Of a stretch of 64,000 nt of DNA, positions 50,648-60,702 are shown piece by piece. Source of the stretch: Nitrosarchaeum sp. (GTDB lineage Archaea; Thermoproteota; Nitrososphaeria; Nitrososphaerales; Nitrosopumilaceae); contig OZ245020.1 of NCBI GenBank assembly GCA_965223865.1, forward strand, positions 192,001-256,000, in the 5' to 3' direction. The stretch's first letter is position 1, and every line of letters starts with the position of its first letter. Under the pieces are notes generated by a model. That model searched no databases. It worked only from the letters and a program-made list of their open reading frames with translations, and was not told where the DNA came from. A program made the position numbers and the translations under genes.

Positions 50648-52018
50648 TTAGGGGATGTAAACTGTATCCTCATCTATTTTGGTGTGTTTTGAAACCTTTG
50701 AATCTGTTTTCTTTTTTAGATCATCAAGATATCTGCTTATCATTGCAATTCCATCTACAATTTTTGGTGCATTGCTTTTAACAAACTCTATCTTATCTGA
50801 ACTTGTCTTGGGAGGATTATTGATATAATCCTCCATTGCCTTTTTGCCGTTATAATCAACAAATGCGATTCTGGCACTAAAGTCAGTTCTCTCCAAAACT
50901 AGGCTGTCACCTCCAACCAAGGCAGTATGATATGGATGCTGAATCAAGGATTCGGAGAATTTCTGTGAGGTTGTTATCTTGTTTGCAAGAAGATCATCTT
51001 TGTATGCATTAAAATTGGCCAACAGATAAAATGTAGATTCAGGCTTGGTGGTCTTTACTCCTTCAATCTCATTTAACGCATTGTATGTGTATCCTCCCAT
51101 AATTTGGTGAATTCTCCTTGTTATCTCAAAATATTCTTCCATCTCTATGCTTTCAGAAAAGCCTGCTATAGCAGCATGTTGAATTGGTGTGGAGGTAGCC
51201 GTATATTCAGTTGCAAGAATCTTCTTGAACTGTTGTTTGAGTTCAGTGGCGTGTTGTGGAAATATCACATATCCTAATCTGTATCCTCCAGCTGCATGAG
51301 ATTTTGAGAGACCATTTGTGACAAAAGTTCCCTCAGGATATATCTTTCCCATGCTTACAAATTTGTTGATGTCATATGTTGTAAGAGCATAAATCTCATC
51401 TGAAATAACAAGAATGTTATGCTTCCTGCAAACATCGGTTATCTCTTCTAATTCGAGTTGTGTGTACACCAGTCCAGTTGGGTTGTTTGGGTTATTTAGA
51501 ATCAAGATCTTTTGCCTGTCATGTAATCGCAAAGTAAGATGTTCGAGCTCATTTGGAGTTATCTTTCCAGTTTTGGCAACATGTAACATGTGATAATTTT
51601 TCTTTAAAAATCGGATCTGTGGCAAATATCCAAGCCATGCAGGAGTTGGAAGTATGACTGTACCATGTAAAATTTCCAACAGATTAAAGATAAGCTCCTT
51701 TGTTCCAGGTCCAACATAGACTCTCCTAGGATCAACATCTATCTGGAAATTCCTCTTATTATACTGGGATATTGCCTCTCTAAGATCTTGGATTCCTGAA
51801 ACGCCTGCATATGCCCCCTTGTCAGCATTTTCTATTAGTGCTTTTTTTACAGGTTCAGGTACAGGAAAAGGAGACTGACCAAAGGCAAAACCATAAAATC
51901 CAAAACTGCATTCAGGATGTGGACAATCTGAATGAAACTCTTGTAAGAAAGTGTTTAGCTTGAGATTTTCTGGCATCTCAATGTCTTCTACCTGTTGGTC
52001 AATTACGAATTTTGTCAA
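50648..52018 (-). CDS. Class I/II PLP aminotransferase
   Basis: FGQSPFPVP, NNPNNPTG, SDEIY and LSKSHAAGGYRLG motifs; TTG start inferred. Confidence 0.9.
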   Translation of the reverse strand: MTKFVIDQQVEDIEMPENLKLNTFLQEFHSDCPHPECSFGFYGFAFGQSPFPVPEPVKKALIENADKGAYAGVSGIQDLREAISQYNKRNFQIDVDPRRVYVGPGTKELIFNLLEILHGTVILPTPAWLGYLPQIRFLKKNYHMLHVAKTGKITPNELEHLTLRLHDRQKILILNNPNNPTGLVYTQLELEEITDVCRKHNILVISDEIYALTTYDINKFVSMGKIYPEGTFVTNGLSKSHAAGGYRLGYVIFPQHATELKQQFKKILATEYTATSTPIQHAAIAGFSESIEMEEYFEITRRIHQIMGGYTYNALNEIEGVKTTKPESTFYLLANFNAYKDDLLANKITTSQKFSESLIQHPYHTALVGGDSLVLERTDFSARIAFVDYNGKKAMEDYINNPPKTSSDKIEFVKSNAPKIVDGIAMISRYLDDLKKKTDSKVSKHTKIDEDTVYIP

Positions 52019-52079
52019 ATCCTGTATCTCTTTATTCAGCCTCTTCAGAATCAATCTGATATATTATCTTCACTATATC

Positions 52080-52520
52080 TTTCCAAAATTTGATTCATTC
52101 ATCTGAAATGGATTTTTAGTGAGTCTTTTCATGTGTTATTACTTTTTCAAAAGTATCAATATTTCTCTCCCAGTGAAAGATGCAATTCTTGCAATGATAT
52201 TTCATTGTAACTTGTCCTCCCTTCTAAGAAATTGCTTTGAGACGCTAGCAATAGCATTGTAAATTCTGTATTCTGCAATGTACAATGAGGTCTTAATTGT
52301 TTCTAACATGTTTCAGGATCATCCTCCTTTGCAAGTATCCAAGACAGACCCATCATGTCCATGGCAGAAATATTGCCATCGGATGGGGAAAGGAGTCTAG
52401 TCTTCCTCTCCCCATCCATTACAAGAGATGACTGGTCGGATTTCTGAGTGTTTAGTATGATTTGTTGCATCATGGAATGATTATGAAACAAGTCAGTATT
52501 AAGGCAGGAAAATTTTGATT
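52080..52520 (-). pseudogene. Decayed copy of the small-ORF module at 56217-56670, including a C2H2 microprotein
   Basis: Clear nucleotide similarity; MKYHCKNCIFHWERNIDTFEKV from 52205, then a frameshift/stop. Confidence 0.6.
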
Positions 52521-52946
52521 TGAGATGATCCGTCGATAGCTGGTTGATTAAATTCTGAATGAAATCAACCCTTACTTGGATTAATAGAAACGTCATCCGT
52601 GTTTGCAACAAGGTAAACAAAACCTTTGGAGGTGAAAACAACAATGTTGCCGACAAATCACTGTATACCGTGATTTTAGTAGCCACTATCTTGGCTTACC
52701 ACTTTCACACATCACACCTAAACCACGATGACAACGAACACGATCACAAAACCGACGTACTAAAGGTCAAAAACGTCTCGTGCGAAGGCGGTGCATGTGA
52801 TGAAAAAAACGATCATAACCATGATCACAAGAAGAGGAGAAAGACACAAACCATGAAAACATTTGGTTTGAACAAATAGTTTTTCTCTATTTTTTTATTT
52901 TATACTACAATCAATGAAGCAACGATTCATTTTATTGATTGACAGG

Positions 52947-53210
52947 CTAGGCCACCACTATTACTGGCAACATATGCAACGCCCACCCAATCAATTCGCT
53001 TTTTTTGTGCTCCCACCTGTAGTGCTCAGCAGTGTGCCTCTTGTCTGCAAATCTTTCTGAATATGCACAAAATACGCACGAATCTGAGACATCACACAAG
53101 GCATGGATTATCTCTTCTCTGTGTCTTGCCAGATGGATAAGCCATTGGGTTTTGTCTGCTGTTACATGCCTCTCATTAAAGCAGTATGAGCACATGCCAG
53201 AGAGGTACAT
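52947..53210 (-). CDS. Double C2H2-type zinc-finger protein
   Basis: CSYC...HLARH and CVFC...HYRWEH; ATG overlaps the upstream TAA. Confidence 0.7.
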   Translation of the reverse strand: MYLSGMCSYCFNERHVTADKTQWLIHLARHREEIIHALCDVSDSCVFCAYSERFADKRHTAEHYRWEHKKSELIGWALHMLPVIVVA

Positions 53211-53380
53211 TATTGCTGTGCCACCTGAGATTTTTTCAGAGTCCAGAGATCTTGGTTGATTGCATGGCATTTGCAGTCTGGAGACTTTTCCTTGCAGGTT
53301 TTCTGATGCAGTTTTGCATCACATTTGTTGCATGAAGGATCTCTCCAAGACGCATTGTTTCCACAAGTTCCGCAGATCAT
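53210..53380 (-). CDS. 56-aa Cys-rich microprotein (MICGTC...CNKC...C...CKCH)
   Basis: Own translation; TAATG coupling to the next gene. Confidence 0.6.
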   Translation of the reverse strand: MICGTCGNNASWRDPSCNKCDAKLHQKTCKEKSPDCKCHAINQDLWTLKKSQVAQQ

Positions 53381-53737
53381 TTTTTGTATCTTCTAAAGAT
53401 TAATACTGTGTTTCCTGATAATTAAGGAGAATGAGAATTGATTTCATTTGAAATGAAAACAACTGGATTCATGCAAAAATAAAGTCATTATAAAAGCGGA
53501 TTAATTCATGATGTAAAGCAAAAAACGCTATTGGTTATTTACTCTTCATCAATTTTTGACTTTCTCTTTCTTCCCAAATTTGGACCTCCAAAGAAATCAT
53601 AACTATACAGGATAAAATCTAGAATGTTTTTGATAATAGTCAAAATGAAATCAACTGATTGTTCTCGTTTTGTATCAGTACAATTTCAAAATGTCTTTTT
53701 TAGACAAAGGTAACTCAAAGTGATTGAATGAAAATGA

Positions 53738-53920
53738 ATGCCAAACATAATGAGAAAAAGTGGTGGAAAAAATCCAGACAAAATTGCAGATACTGTGGAA
53801 ATGCTGTTGATGAAACACACGTATACTGTTCAAGAGAATGTGAAAAGAGAGATGGCGCCTGGAATTTTAATTAAGAAACATGAAGAAAAAGAAGAGGAAA
53901 AAATTATTTGCAGCCGATGA
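53738..53920 (+). CDS. Small hypothetical protein
   Basis: ORF track; first of a run of co-oriented small ORFs. Confidence 0.4.
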   Translation: MPNIMRKSGGKNPDKIADTVEMLLMKHTYTVQENVKREMAPGILIKKHEEKEEEKIICSR

Positions 53921-53926
53921 AACAGA

Positions 53927-54025
53927 ATGAATGTAAAGTGTAAAAACTGTGGAAAAGATTTTGAATTATTTAATTCGGAATTTTGTAGTATGTAATGCAG
54001 TAAAAGATACTATCTAAATATGTGA
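53927..54025 (+). pseudogene. CxxC...FCSxxC zinc-finger microprotein with an internal TAA
   Basis: MNVKCKNCGKDFELFNSEFCSM*CSKRYYLNM. Confidence 0.55.
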
Positions 54026-54031
54026 TAAGAG

Positions 54032-54208
54032 ATGCCAGGATATCTTGGAAATAAATCAACTAATATAGTGCATCTCCTGTCTGAAATGAAAAAAGAGTGT
54101 AAAATTGTAGAAATAAAAATGGAAGACAGGCAATATTTTACTCCTGATAATCTGAACACTGCTGAAAAACAGAATTTTTCCCCATGCAGATGGTGTATAA
54201 AAAACTAA
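54032..54208 (+). CDS. 58-aa Ada metal-binding-like microprotein
   Basis: YLGNKSTNIVH...C...YF...A...FSPCRWC. Confidence 0.65.
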   Translation: MPGYLGNKSTNIVHLLSEMKKECKIVEIKMEDRQYFTPDNLNTAEKQNFSPCRWCIKN

Positions 54209-54439
54209 ATTGGGATGTCTTGGACAAGCATATCCTTAATGAAGTATAACAATGACTCTTGAATCTCTAGTTAAAATTGGACGTATAGACATGTAACCTC
54301 GAAAATGGCTAATAGCAAAGAAGGTAAAGTAAACAGCATAGTTATTCCTCAACACATATTTTTAATCTGAATTTTTACTCCTTTTGTTTACTTTATTGGA
54401 TTATCACTGGCTAATTAGATAGATCACTTCTCAGATAAA

Positions 54440-54502
54440 ATGGCAAAAGCAAAGAAAGCCTCAACAACCAAGAAAACTGCAGCAAAGAAGACCAAGAAGT
54501 AA
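54440..54502 (+). CDS. 20-aa Lys/Ala-rich peptide MAKAKKASTTKKTAAKKTKK
   Basis: Histone-H1-tail-like composition; followed by a T-rich tract. Confidence 0.5.
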   Translation: MAKAKKASTTKKTAAKKTKK

Positions 54503-54661
54503 ATCTGATCTTCTAACCTTTTTTCTACTTTCTTACAATTATGAAATGAAAATACTCATCTGATACAGATTTTATGGTTGCAACAATTATTGCAATGATG
54601 ACAAGATAAGATGAGCCAACTTTTCACAAAGTTAATTAACTTGAGTTAATCCTGCATTTTC

Positions 54662-54781
54662 ATGATAGGGTTCTGTCACAAATGTCACCGTTCGGGGATT
54701 GAGGTTCTAAAAACTACAGTTTTGCTAAGTGAAGTTGGAGCTGTAGATATTCCACTATGTGTTAATTGTAGAGAGAATTGA
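54662..54781 (+). CDS. 39-aa CxxC...CxxC microprotein
   Basis: MIGFCHKC...PLCVNCREN. Confidence 0.6.
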   Translation: MIGFCHKCHRSGIEVLKTTVLLSEVGAVDIPLCVNCREN

Positions 54782-54803
54782 TTTTCAACTAGGTGTGAAA
54801 GTA

Positions 54804-54929
54804 ATGGAAAACTGTGTAGTTTGTGGCAAAAAGACCTACGAAAATAATAACAATTATTGTTCTTACCAGTGTGAGTTTTTTGCATCTTGCACAGGAAGGA
54901 AATTCTACAATAAAAAAGAACTGCAATAG
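54804..54929 (+). CDS. 41-aa CxxC...YCSxxC microprotein
   Basis: MENCVVCGKK...YCSYQC; SD-like AGGTG upstream. Confidence 0.6.
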   Translation: MENCVVCGKKTYENNNNYCSYQCEFFASCTGRKFYNKKELQ

Positions 54930-55404
54930 TTTTACTTATTCAACAAGATAACCACACTGGAATTACTGTCATTTTAGATTCTCATTTGTATCTGGATTAA
55001 AATTTTGTTTATTATTTATCAACGAATGTTGAGGTTGAAAATTAACTACTCTTTCTAAGAAAAGCAATAATGATAAAGGAATTTTTTGAGTTCATTTGGG
55101 ATTTGATATCAGGAAACTAATTTTTTCTCATCCTATATTTCAATTTAGACTGTTTACATAGATACTCCGGTATTTTTTACCTAGTTTTTAAGATAATATT
55201 TTTCAGAGCATTCCTTGCAGCAAAATTCACTTGTGAATAATTCGAATTTTTTGTTACAATTTTTACAGTTTGTTATCATTTTTGTACATGATGTGCAATG
55301 AATCTAGTATAAGAACTTGATAGCAATGGAGTATTTGTGAATGGGTGGGTTGAAACTGTTTACTTGTCTACTATAATACATAGTTTCATTTCTGAAAATT
55401 TGGC

Positions 55405-55965
55405 ATGGCACACACTAAACCAGTAGTTGAAATAGTCAATGTAGTAGCTTCGGCAACAATCGAGCAAAGACTAGATCTTTTAGATATAACAAAAAAATTT
55501 CCAGATGTAGAATATAACCCTGACCAATTTCCGGGAGCAGTTTTCAGGCTTCATAACCCAAAGACTGCCACACTGCTATTTGGTTCAGGAAAGATGGTGT
55601 GTACAGGTGCAAAATCAGCAGAGATGGCCATCAAGGCAGTTAACACCGTTGTTCAAAAGCTAAGAAAAGGCAAGATCAAAATCAAAAACGAACCAATAGT
55701 CACAGTACAAAATATTGTATCATCGATTAATCTGGGAGGAAAGGTCAGTCTGGAACAAGCAGCTAGAACGTTACCAAGAAGCATGTACGAGCCCGAACAA
55801 TTTCCAGGAATGATTCACAGAATGCTTGATCCAAAAACGGTAATTCTGATTTTTGCATCAGGAAAGCTAGTATGCGTTGGAGCAAAAAGAGAGGAAGAAA
55901 TACACCGTTCTGTAAACAATATTCACAGTGAACTTTAGGAGAAAAATCTGATGGATTATGACTAA
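55405..55965 (+). pseudogene. tbp: TATA-box-binding protein paralogue with an in-frame TAG near the C-terminus
   Basis: Two TBP repeats (YNPDQFPG, YEPEQFPG); TAG at 55936-55938 is followed by in-frame EKNLMDYD-stop. Confidence 0.85.
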
Positions 55966-56093
55966 CTGAAATTAATAATAAAATTATACAAAATCAATCC
56001 GACTTGTCCTACGAAATAGACGATAATATGCTCACGTGGAATAAAGAATCATCAAAAAATCTACTATATGTTAAAATGCTAATAATCATCAAA

Positions 56094-56216
56094 TCATTTT
56101 GATGTTATGTGGATAATTTTTTGGCATCTCACACATTCGTATATGTCCTTGAATCCTCCCATCTTGACTTTTGAATCGTGAGGGCAAGTATCTTGAGTTA
56201 CTGTTCTGTATGCCAA
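56094..56216 (-). CDS. 40-aa zinc-ribbon microprotein (CPH...CVRC)
   Basis: TTG start immediately after the stop of the previous ORF. Confidence 0.5.
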   Translation of the reverse strand: MAYRTVTQDTCPHDSKVKMGGFKDIYECVRCQKIIHITSK

Positions 56217-56366
56217 TTAATTTTCTATCTCCATCATCATATTCTCTTTTGATAATTTATCATCTGAAATGGATTTTTTGTGAGTTTTTTCATGAGCAAT
56301 TACTTTTTCAAATGTATCAATGTTACCTTCCCAATGGAATTTACAATTTTTGCAATTATACTTCAT
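56217..56366 (-). CDS. 49-aa C2H2 microprotein MKYNCKNC...HEKTH
   Basis: Own translation; paralogue at 52205. Confidence 0.65.
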   Translation of the reverse strand: MKYNCKNCKFHWEGNIDTFEKVIAHEKTHKKSISDDKLSKENMMMEIEN

Positions 56367-56906
56367 TTTGATTCCTCGTAATTTCTTCGAAATTGATGTA
56401 AGAAACTAGTACTGGAATAATAAACTCTGTATTTTAGCAAATATAATGAGGTCTCAATTGTTTCTAGCATCATTCAAAATTGTACTCCTTTGCAAAGATC
56501 CATGATAATCCCATCTACTCCAGTTATTTCACTCATAATGGTTGGAAGAGGGTTTTTGGCCTCACTTCCAACCAAAGATGACAGTACGGTTTTCTGGCTA
56601 TGTGTGTTTAACATTATTTGTTGTGTCATGGAATGAGTATGGAATACGCGGTATTAAGACAAGATAATTTTGCTCAAAGATTATCCAAAGAAAACTAGTT
56701 GATTTCGTGCGCGACAAAGTCAACTCGTATAAAACAAGAAGACATGATAATGAAAGAACATATTCAATTTTACATTTTTCTGATGATTAAATTATCCACA
56801 TTGTTTATATCATTGAATTGGTTTGAACCCTTGCCGTCATAAGGTTTGTAGGTACAACCTAGTTGGCAAAATCCACACGGAATGAAAAACCTTCGAAACA
56901 ACTAAC

Positions 56907-57239
56907 TAGTATCGATAATTTTCTTTCATAGACTTGCGTTTCTTCCTGTTTTGTTTTAGATCTTCATCATATTTAGGAAAAAGACTTTCAAATCTGGAAT
57001 CTAATGATTCTTCTGAACTTTCTAGCATCTCAATAACCGTATCTGTTTTCAGTCTTCAGAATCTCCTTGTATTTTTTGTAGTGTTCACTGCACAGAATTC
57101 TATCATCTGCATCTTTTCTTATCATTGCCTTCTTGTAACATGAAACATTTTTTTCTATGTCATAAAAGTTGCATTGGCCAGTAGTGTGTAAATCAGATGA
57201 ATTGCCTGATCTAGACTTCATAGAGTGTCTGTCTATCAT
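56907..57239 (-). pseudogene. Small Cys/His protein, probably frameshifted near 57050
   Basis: C...C...CSEH ORF continues in another frame as LKTDTVIEMLESSEE...ENYRY. Confidence 0.4.
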
Positions 57240-57634
57240 AGTTTTACAGTTTTAATATATGAAAAGCATATTGTGTTGAATCTACATGAAATCAAGTAGT
57301 TGATTTTATTTTGGTTCTATGCAACTTTTATTCCCAGTCCTCGTTCATGGGACTGCTGACAGTAAGGTCAGTCTGGTTGGAGAAAATTAGCTTTATGGAC
57401 CCTGCAATAGTGAGATGTCTTTGGCTTCACTTCCATTTTCCTATGTGGCATTCGCATTCACAACCATCCACACACCTCATTCTTGCACAATCACTGCAAC
57501 GACTGTTTTTTGAATGGTTCAATACTCGTTTCCTCCAGCGCTTGGCCAAAATGAATTTTTTCTGATATTTAAGGAGAATTGTATTTGACTTTCTTCAGTA
57601 TAAAATCAAGTTCTCAAGGATTAATCAAGAAATG

Positions 57635-57739
57635 TCATTTCGGTTTATTTTCAAAACCAAAAGCTACAGCACATGCCAAACTGCAAAACTCACTCTGTCT
57701 TGACGAATAATCCTTGTCACAGTGTTTGCATTTTTTCAT
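57635..57739 (-). CDS. 34-aa CxxC...FCSxxC microprotein
   Basis: MKKCKHCDKDYSSRQSEFCSLAC. Confidence 0.6.
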   Translation of the reverse strand: MKKCKHCDKDYSSRQSEFCSLACAVAFGFENKPK

Positions 57740-58014
57740 TTTTACAACATAATCATATTGTCTGGCTTTAAATGCGGACGTAACTTGATTAATGCCGATT
57801 TAAGCTCATCTAGTTGATTTTAAATTATTGCATAGGCAGCTAACATCGTGACTGTAGCTGGATGTTGGATTCTCCAGATGATGTAACGTTTATGATATTA
57901 CTATTATTGATTTTCAAAAATTTCATAGATGTGTCCAGTAAACATATAATTGAAAAGTATGAAAAAATAAACTTTTGAAAAGATAATTCAGTTTTACAAA
58001 ATCAATTTTCAAAA

Positions 58015-58236
58015 ATGAGTTCTTACAATACACAATTTAAGGATGAAATTTCTCATTTATTTATGGTATCAATAAATGAACTACGGGTGTGCAAATCATG
58101 TGGAAATGTATTTTCTAAAAAGGCAGGATCTACATTAATAATTGAATGTCCTCAATGCAAGCAAACTAATTTTGAACCCATCAAAATGGAATCTGATTTA
58201 GAAACTGAAAAAGTATATCTGGATGAATTAGATTGA
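58015..58236 (+). CDS. Zinc-ribbon protein
   Basis: CKSCG...CPQC. Confidence 0.65.
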   Translation: MSSYNTQFKDEISHLFMVSINELRVCKSCGNVFSKKAGSTLIIECPQCKQTNFEPIKMESDLETEKVYLDELD

Positions 58237-58513
58237 AAATCCAAGTAATAATAGATCTATAACTTGTTCTCTCCTGAATCTAATGGTCCTGTCAATGAAG
58301 TAAAGAGAAAAGTAGTAAAACAAAACTTGATCAAAAGCGATCTTTCCTCTTTGCTTGTAGGTTCTATTGCTGCCACTATTGCATATTGGATAGGACTAAT
58401 GCTGGGAGAATTTGTATCATAAATAAGATATTAGTAATTTTATGCCAACTCCATCTTGTTAATTTTTTGTAGTTATTGATGATCTAATATGTTGATTAAT
58501 AGAAAATTAAGAA

Positions 58514-58930
58514 CTATGTATCTCTTGGCTGGACATAGTCTTTTTTCACAATCAATACATCAAACCCTTCATCCTTTGTTGGTGTTTCAAGCTCTTTTAG
58601 CTGCTTGTTTATTACAACTAGTGGAAACTGTTCGTTTCTTCTCGTTCTTCTTTGGTGAAGCAAACTAATAGATGTGTTCATAAAAATTCCAATTACCTTG
58701 GCATTGTATTTTTTGGCAAGGTCTATGTGCTGTTTTCGTATATTTTGAGTGAGGTTTGTATCATCTACCACAACACTGTTTCCTTCTTTGAGGCATTCTT
58801 CAATGTACTCTAATTCTTTTTTCCTGATATTGTCAAAATATGATAATCTAACTACCTCATGATCAAAATTGGACCTAACATAGGTGGTTTTGCCACTTAA
58901 TGCCACTCCAATCATAAGCACATAATCCAT
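58514..58930 (-). CDS. P-loop kinase (AAA_33/PNK-like)
   Basis: GVALSGKTT, VVDDTN and PTKDEGFD motifs. Confidence 0.88.
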   Translation of the reverse strand: MDYVLMIGVALSGKTTYVRSNFDHEVVRLSYFDNIRKKELEYIEECLKEGNSVVVDDTNLTQNIRKQHIDLAKKYNAKVIGIFMNTSISLLHQRRTRRNEQFPLVVINKQLKELETPTKDEGFDVLIVKKDYVQPRDT

Positions 58931-59046
58931 TTTCTTAATTTCTTGTTACCGTGTTTCTAATTTTAAATGAATATGACAAGCAAGATGTCATGAGATTCAT
59001 TACAAATCAAAGAACATCATATTCTCAGATTCTTTGTTATGATTGC

Positions 59047-60702
59047 CTATTCCATTCCCATTCCAGGTGGCATTCCGCCCATTCCTCCTTGAGGAGGTGG
59101 CATAGAAGATCTGGAGGATGCTACAACATTGTCTATTCTCAGTATCATGTTTGCAGTCTCTGTGGCAGATTTTATTATCTGCTCTTTGACCTTTACTGGC
59201 TCTATTATTCCCAATTTTTCAAAATCAGCTATTTTTCCATTAACCACGTCAACTCCCGTAAATCTTTCATCTGCACTTTGTTTTGATCTAAGTTGTGTAA
59301 TTGCATCAATAGGGTTCATTCCTGCATTTCTTGCAAGTGCAAGAGGGATTGATTCCATGGCATCTGCAAATTTCTCAACTGCAAGCTGTTCTCTTCCAGA
59401 CAACGATTTTGCCCATTCTCTTAGTTTTAGCGCAATAAATGCCTCGGGTGCGCCTCCTCCATAAACAATCTTTGGTTTTTCAATTACATCCTTTACAACC
59501 ATCAATGCGTCATGCATTGATCTGTCAGCCTCATCTATTACTCTCTGGGATCCACCTCTCACAAGGATGCTTATTGCCTTTGGATTCTTGCATCCTTCAA
59601 TGAATACCCAGTTGTCCTCTTCGATTCTTTTTTCCTCAACATTGTCTGCAGAACCCAAATCTGATTCTGTTAGATCATCGACTCTCCCTACTATTCTGCC
59701 CCCAGTGGCTTTTGCAAGCTTTGTCATGTCGCTTTCCTTGATTCTTCTTACTGCAAGCATTCCTTCCTTGCTCATGTAATGCTGAATGATGTCATCGATT
59801 CCCTTTTGGCATAAAATCACGTTAGTACCAGTTGATTTTATCTTGCTTACAATGTCTTTTAGGATTTGACTCTCTTCTTCCATGAATGACTTTATCTGGT
59901 TGGGAGACGATATGTTCAGTTTTGCCTCAAACTCTGTCTTTTTTATCTCAAGTGCATCGTTGATTAGCGCAATCTTTGCATTCTCGATTCTTCGTGGCAT
60001 GCCACTATGAACTATCTCTTTGTCAAGTACGATACCGCTTACAAGCTCACTGTCTGAAACTGAACCTCCTGTCTTTTTTTCCACCTTTATGTTGTCCAAG
60101 TTTACTTTGAATGCACCGTTTTTTTCCTCAATTACCTTCAATGATGCATCGACCACCAACTTTGCAAGATCTGTTGCTTCTATGGATACAAGTTTTGTTT
60201 GCATTGAGGTGTTTGCAATCTTTTCTAGAATATCCTTGTTCTTAGGATCAATACTTGTTGTGATTTCAGATAAAAACTCTACTGCCTTTCTTGATGCCTT
60301 TTTGTAGCCATCTGCAATGATTACTGGATGAATTTCATCGTCAATTAATGATTCGGCCTTTTCAAGCAACGCTCCTGCAAGAACTACTGCAGATGTTGTA
60401 CCATCTCCCACCTCACTATCTGTTGCCTTTGCAACTTCAACCATCATCTTGGCAGCAGGATGTTGAACATCAATCTCTTTGAGAATAGTTGCACCATCAT
60501 TAGTGATAGTTACATCTCCCAATGAATCAACTAACATCTTGTCCATTCCTCTAGGACCAAGACTTGTCTGAATTATTTCTGCAATAAGCTTTGCAGCTCT
60601 GATGTTGTTTCGTTGGGCATCACGTCCATGAGATTGTTTTGTTCCCTCCTTTAGTAAAATTACAGGAACTCCTTCTGAAGTGGTTCCAATCTGTTGTGAC
60701 AT
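59047..60702 (-). CDS. Thermosome (group II chaperonin) subunit
   Basis: [22 protein letters not shown] and a GGM tail. Confidence 0.97.
   Translation of the reverse strand: MSQQIGTTSEGVPVILLKEGTKQSHGRDAQRNNIRAAKLIAEIIQTSLGPRGMDKMLVDSLGDVTITNDGATILKEIDVQHPAAKMMVEVAKATDSEVGDGTTSAVVLAGALLEKAESLIDDEIHPVIIADGYKKASRKAVEFLSEITTSIDPKNKDILEKIANTSMQTKLVSIEATDLAKLVVDASLKVIEEKNGAFKVNLDNIKVEKKTGGSVSDSELVSGIVLDKEIVHSGMPRRIENAKIALINDALEIKKTEFEAKLNISSPNQIKSFMEEESQILKDIVSKIKSTGTNVILCQKGIDDIIQHYMSKEGMLAVRRIKESDMTKLAKATGGRIVGRVDDLTESDLGSADNVEEKRIEEDNWVFIEGCKNPKAISILVRGGSQRVIDEADRSMHDALMVVKDVIEKPKIVYGGGAPEAFIALKLREWAKSLSGREQLAVEKFADAMESIPLALARNAGMNPIDAITQLRSKQSADERFTGVDVVNGKIADFEKLGIIEPVKVKEQIIKSATETANMILRIDNVVASSRSSMPPPQGGMGGMPPGMGME

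Noticed and set aside
53445-54560. GAAATGAAAA matches at about 53450 and 54543 as further cassette junctions
   Set aside because: They are not followed by signal-peptide ORFs or tandem genes, and such matches are expected by chance in A-rich DNA.
55936-55938. Pyrrolysine recoding of the TBP amber codon
   Set aside because: There are no pyl genes in the window, TAG is a normal stop for many genes here, and neighbouring ORFs also carry nonsense codons.
44311-60307. Antisense ORFs overlapping rpl2, cdc48, gatD, gatE and the thermosome gene
   Set aside because: These are shadow ORFs opposite well-supported conserved genes and show no recognisable motifs.
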